The notes beneath the pieces were generated by a model, which saw only the letters and a list, made by a program, of their open reading frames with translations, made no database searches and was not told the DNA's origin. DNA of 63,757 nucleotides, the filler included, from Squatina squatina (lineage: Eukaryota), in NCBI GenBank assembly GCA_031763465.1. It is 4 parts of 4 records of this genome, joined end to end, with 100 filler letters (N's around TTAATTAATTAA, not from the genome) between each part and the next. Parts side by side here need not be neighbours in the genome. Positions count along the whole stretch, not along the records: positions 50,000 to 63,757 come from JARFOE010000233.1; 3 more parts are not named here. The stretch is one strand, 5' to 3'. Every line of letters begins with the position of its first letter. Position 1 is the stretch's first letter. The translations under genes were made by a program, and so were the position numbers. This document shows positions 62,331 through 63,757 of the stretch, one piece after another.

Positions 62331-63154
62331 GAAAACATATTAATGGCAGTGTTAGATCAAAAATCCATAAATAGTAGCCAAATAATTAATCTATGGTTAA
62401 TGTGGTTGAGCTGCAAAACTTTGTAGTCCAGATGAGAATTGCCTGGTATTATCTTGACATGACTCACTTTGATTTATGATATTTTGTGCATCTTGATGCA
62501 CAGAATAAAAATTACATTTCTGAAGAATCTGACATTTCTTTGCCCTTTTTTAAAAATCTATTGACTTACCAAAAGGTCAGTCATTAATTGTTGGCATCAG
62601 ATGGAAGACTGGAAGACTGGCTCTTGTGTTTTATTTCATGCAAGACAAGAATTGACATTTGAAATGCAGAAGCTTTTTTAAATTTGTAGTTAACATCCAC
62701 ACTATACTAAGTAACNNNNNNNNNNTTGTGTATAAACAATTTTTTAAACTCCTTTTTGGTTTCTGATCAAATGAGAAATTTTATAGGAATATCACTTTAA
62801 ATCACAGATATCTGCAGCGAACAATAAAGCATCCAACCCTGTTGCAAGATCCTGATTTGCGGCAGTTTTTAGAAAGTAATGAGGTGAGTGTAATGCCACT
62901 TCAGAATTCTGAAATGACATTTTATATTGACGACTGATAAAATATTTGATCTTGGTTTTCCTCAATGATGCAGTGGGTAAATGCAATGCATGGTGTGGTA
63001 TTGTGTCATACAGCGCATAAAGGCCCTAGATTTATGTTGAAGTGAAATCTGGGGGTGGGAAGGGGGTTGGTAAATTAGTCAGGGTTCTTGCTACTTTTAT
63101 GACTACTGCTGGAAAGTATTTTAAAATATAGCTGATAGCCCTGCCAAACACAAG

Positions 63155-63757
63155 TGGAAGAATTGGGAGCAGGGGTAGGCTATATGGCCCCTCGAGCCTA
63201 GTCTGCCATTCAATAAGATCATGGCTGATCTTCGACCTCAACTTTACCTTTTGCCCTATCCCCATATCCCTTGATTCCTAGAGTCCAAAAATCTATCAAT
63301 CTCTGCCTTGAATCTACTCCACTACTGAGCATCCACAGCCCCCTGGGGCAGAGAATTCCAAACATTCACTACTCTCGAGTGAGGAAATGCCTCCATCTCA
63401 ATCTTAAAAGGCTGACCTCTTATCCTGAAACTGTGTCCCCTAGTTCTAGATTCTGCAGCAAGGGGAAAATAATCTCAGCATTTATCCTGTCAATCCCCCT
63501 CAGAATCTTTTTGTTTCAATTAGATCACCTCTTCTAAACTAGAGTGTATAGGCTCAATCTCTCCTCATAGTCAACTCTCTCATCCCAGGAATCAGTCTAG
63601 TGAACCTTTGTTGCACTGCCTCTGAAGGCAAGTGTATCCTTCCTTGGATAAGACGACCAAAACTGCACAGTACTCCAGGTGTGGTCTAGAGTCCTGTACA
63701 ACCGTAGCAAGACTTCCTTACTCTTGTACTTCAACCCCCTTGCATTAAAGGCCAACA
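63155..63757 (-). mobile_element. CR1 LINE 3' end running off the window
   Basis: Tail ggagcaggggtaggc...gatcatggctgatc, and ORF2 remnants (LEYCAVLVVL-like near 63660). Confidence 0.85.

Overview
Eukaryotic, repeat-rich vertebrate genomic DNA, most likely a shark: it carries SacSINE1-like DeuSINEs, CR1/HER1 LINE tails with (CATAGAAA)n, and Penelope-type terminal repeats. It comes from a very fragmented draft assembly. Three artificial N44-TTAATTAATTAA-N44 linkers split the window into four separate scaffolds (1-16193, 16294-30839, 30940-49899, 50000-63757), and many 100-N gaps appear to join unrelated contigs. Recognisable exons are two MS4A-family exons, one GABPB2-like ankyrin exon, UGT1A exons 1 and 2, the ARHGEF10L terminal exon and one SORL1 LDLa exon. 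There are also several unidentified candidate exons, four of which form a phase-compatible chain at 54.6-60.2 kb. Mobile elements include CR1, L2, RTE and Tx1 LINE fragments, SINEs, a Harbinger transposase remnant, and Harbinger and hAT MITEs with target-site duplications. The most notable observations are an in-frame TAA right after the catalytic DGSHW motif of an otherwise intact UGT1A exon 1, minimal hammerhead-ribozyme motifs in Penelope-type repeats, and the unidentified exon chain. I see no evidence of a clearly new biological system and no CRISPR, rRNA or tRNA genes. All gene and repeat identifications are from recall, not from searches, and repeat boundaries are approximate.
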